Of a DNA stretch of 24,684 bases, positions 22,722-24,684 are shown in pieces. Position numbers and translations under genes: made by a program. The notes below the pieces were generated by a model, which did not search any database, was not told the origin of the DNA, and saw only the letters and a list, made by a program, of their open reading frames with translations. The stretch comes from a virus (Duplodnaviria; Caudoviricetes), in IMG/VR virus record IMGVR_UViG_3300044936_000107, positions 1 through 24,684 of that record, one strand, 5' to 3'. Each line of letters starts with the position of its first letter. Position 1 is the first letter of the stretch.

Positions 22722-24026
22722 TTACTGGTTGTCTTCGATGCCCTCAGCCGTGTCGTCGCCATGGCCGGGGTTCAGTGCGTTCTGATCCCCGGAATCCGTG
22801 GGTGACGCTTGCCCGCCCTCCACCACGTTCAGGGGCACAATCAGCTCGTCAGTGCCCTCAAGGTGGGGGAGGTTCATGCGTGCTCGCGCCTCAGCGGCCG
22901 TCATCACGGGTCGGCCGGTCACGGTCTGCAAATAGCGGGCCTGCTCGAGGAGGCTGCCCGCAAGAACAGCCTCACGGTTCGCTTCGATGTATGTGTTCTC
23001 GCCTGCACCGACGGCATCCAGTAGGCCGCCCGCGTTGATCGCGTCCTGAAGGTCGGTGATGACGGGGCCGAGTACCGGTCCGTAGAGCATCTGCCGGAAC
23101 GCGTCCACATTGGAGAACGTGGCTTCCCTGGCTCCCACCAACTCGGGCGGGATGTGGAAGGCGGAGGCGACCTCAGCGTCGGTGAGCTTGCGGCCCTCGA
23201 TGTCGTTGGCATCCGACGGGCTAATCCCGTCAAACTGCTCGTACTCCATGCCATGCTCGAGGATCGGTGTTGACCCATCCACAGCACCAGCCTTAAACCG
23301 GTCCCAGGCCTGTAGGAAGCGTTCCCGGTTCTCGTCCGACCACCTGGGAGCCTCGGCCGGTCGCTTCAGAAGGCCAGCCACTTTGGGCCGGTCGGCCCAC
23401 TGTCTGGTACGCCAGTCCACGGCCTTGCGCTGCTCGTCGAGGATCGCCGACAACGTGAACATGGGGGACACGCCGCCCGCCTTCGTCGGGTGCCACCCGT
23501 CAGTCCAGATCTTCGGCCAATCCGTCACGTCGATGTCATCAACGCCCTCCGGGGCCTTGATGATGATCTTGTACGGCTGACCGAGATAATCGGAGCGAGT
23601 GTCAATCAACGCCGGGGGAATCCGGATCAACGCCTTATCCTTCGGCCCATACAAAGCCAAGCACTGATCAAACATCATCAGGTCAGTCACCAGAGCACGG
23701 ATAAGGTGCGTCCTGGTCCTGAGCTTCGAAGGCCTCGCGAGAATGCGTTCCGCTGGGCTTCCAGAAACCCTTTGCCTGTCGGTGTCATCGACCCTCTTAT
23801 AGGCGTGCCAGGGGATCATGCCGATCTGTCTGGCGACGTAGGAGACGACCTTGCGCAGGGACGGCTGGGTCTTCCACAGCGTCAGCGGGTTCGTGGGCTC
23901 CGCCGTGTACTCGACGAGTGGTCGGCCGGGGTCTGCGACGCGGATGCTGTCACCCCACGTGGAAGCCGTCGGATACCCGCCACCGATCACCACCGCATCA
24001 CCTGCGGTACTAATGAGGCTCGTCAT
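22722..24026 (-). CDS. HK97-family portal protein (434 aa)
   Basis: GVSP, ILEHGMEY, EVASAFHIPPELVG..ATFSN, MTAAEARARMNLP motifs. Confidence 0.95.
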   Translation of the reverse strand: MTSLISTAGDAVVIGGGYPTASTWGDSIRVADPGRPLVEYTAEPTNPLTLWKTQPSLRKVVSYVARQIGMIPWHAYKRVDDTDRQRVSGSPAERILARPSKLRTRTHLIRALVTDLMMFDQCLALYGPKDKALIRIPPALIDTRSDYLGQPYKIIIKAPEGVDDIDVTDWPKIWTDGWHPTKAGGVSPMFTLSAILDEQRKAVDWRTRQWADRPKVAGLLKRPAEAPRWSDENRERFLQAWDRFKAGAVDGSTPILEHGMEYEQFDGISPSDANDIEGRKLTDAEVASAFHIPPELVGAREATFSNVDAFRQMLYGPVLGPVITDLQDAINAGGLLDAVGAGENTYIEANREAVLAGSLLEQARYLQTVTGRPVMTAAEARARMNLPHLEGTDELIVPLNVVEGGQASPTDSGDQNALNPGHGDDTAEGIEDNQ

Positions 24027-24226
24027 GCTGGAACCTCCTGCACAAGATGGATAGAGCGACGCGGCACGATCAGCGCACCAGCAACCTTCACCGGCTCACT
24101 CACCGCGACCGGCTGAACCGTAACCTCGACCAGCCGGTACGCCCACCAGCCCCACGACCAGACCAGGCGCCCGGACACGGTCGTTTCATCTGTAAGAGTC
24201 ACCCTGTACACACGCTTGTGCTTCAT
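24023..24226 (-). CDS. Small hypothetical protein between terminase and portal (67 aa, beta-rich)
   Basis: GGGAGG SD; ATGA overlap with the portal gene. Confidence 0.75.
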   Translation of the reverse strand: MKHKRVYRVTLTDETTVSGRLVWSWGWWAYRLVEVTVQPVAVSEPVKVAGALIVPRRSIHLVQEVPA

Positions 24227-24249
24227 GCCGTGCCTCCCTTGCCCTTGTG

Positions 24250-24684
24250 TCAGATGAACGCGATCCCTGCGCTGTCGTCAGCCCATGGCCGCTCTTTCGC
24301 CATGGCCTCACTGGCGGCGTTCACCAGTGCCGCGATCCCGTCGATCTTGTCGCCTGAGTTCTTCTTGTCCGGCTTCACGTTCCCCGCCGGATCCATGGCC
24401 ACCGCCAGGTTGTCCACCATCCACCGGATGACCGGGTTGCCGCCGTGTCGGATCATTTCCGCGCCACGCTTCCCCTGCGCGGCCAGGCGCTTGATCTCCT
24501 TCAAAGCGGGGGACAGCGTACGGTACCCCTGCTGAACCTTCACCAGCGGCACACCGTCGTCATAGAGCTGGTTCGCCAGATGCGTCGCGTTCCACATGTC
24601 CAGCCCCAGTGACTGCACCTCGAACATGTCCATGTCATCGAGGATCGTCGCCCGAATGAACTCGTAGTCGGTGACATCGCCGGG
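24250..24684 (-). CDS. terL: Terminase large subunit, C-terminal nuclease end (5'-truncated by the window)
   Basis: Frame open to the window edge (PGDVTDYEFI...); HGGNPVIRWM..N, DPAGNVKPDK..S.DKIDG..AL motifs. Confidence 0.93.
   Translation of the reverse strand, partial: PGDVTDYEFIRATILDDMDMFEVQSLGLDMWNATHLANQLYDDGVPLVKVQQGYRTLSPALKEIKRLAAQGKRGAEMIRHGGNPVIRWMVDNLAVAMDPAGNVKPDKKNSGDKIDGIAALVNAASEAMAKERPWADDSAGIAFI

Larger units (their letters stand above)
1..24684. mobile_element. Temperate siphovirus/prophage segment (integrase, accessory region, lysis, tail and head genes); continues past the right edge
   Basis: Canonical terminase-portal-protease-capsid-neck-tail-TMP-fibre-lysis order on the minus strand with many ATGA/TGATG overlaps, plus a tyrosine integrase; no host housekeeping genes seen. 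Confidence 0.96.

Noticed and set aside
1-24684. CRISPR array, rRNA, tRNA or IS element
   Set aside because: No regularly spaced repeats, cloverleaf, rRNA-like sequence or transposase ORF seen.

Overview
The whole window looks like part of a high-GC (actinobacterial-type) temperate siphovirus or prophage. On the minus strand, read right to left, is a contiguous HK97-type morphogenesis operon: terminase large subunit (truncated by the window edge), a small ORF, portal, prohead protease, major capsid, head-tail joining genes, major tail protein, an extra 84-aa gene, tail assembly chaperones with a -1 frameshift, tape measure (with M23 and lytic-transglycosylase domains), distal/minor tail proteins, a fibre with a C-terminal S74-type chaperone, a CBM5/12 protein, and a lysis cassette (two membrane proteins, an amidase+M23 endolysin, a holin). 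On the plus strand at the left are an intact-looking tyrosine integrase and an accessory region (1261-2920) holding an orphan ORF and a terminator-flanked two-gene cassette (67-aa protein plus GNAT acetyltransferase) that resembles a toxin-antitoxin or defence module with an unfamiliar partner. Other notable signals: a probable RNA pseudoknot upstream of the tail chaperone RBS whose pairing 10-mer recurs upstream of the major tail gene; a canonical slippery site plus 19-bp hairpin at the major tail stop; an in-frame internal SD and start in the endolysin; and a carbohydrate-binding domain with a (GCT)8 microsatellite inserted into a fibre repeat. All family calls come from motif recognition and synteny by eye; no database search was run.
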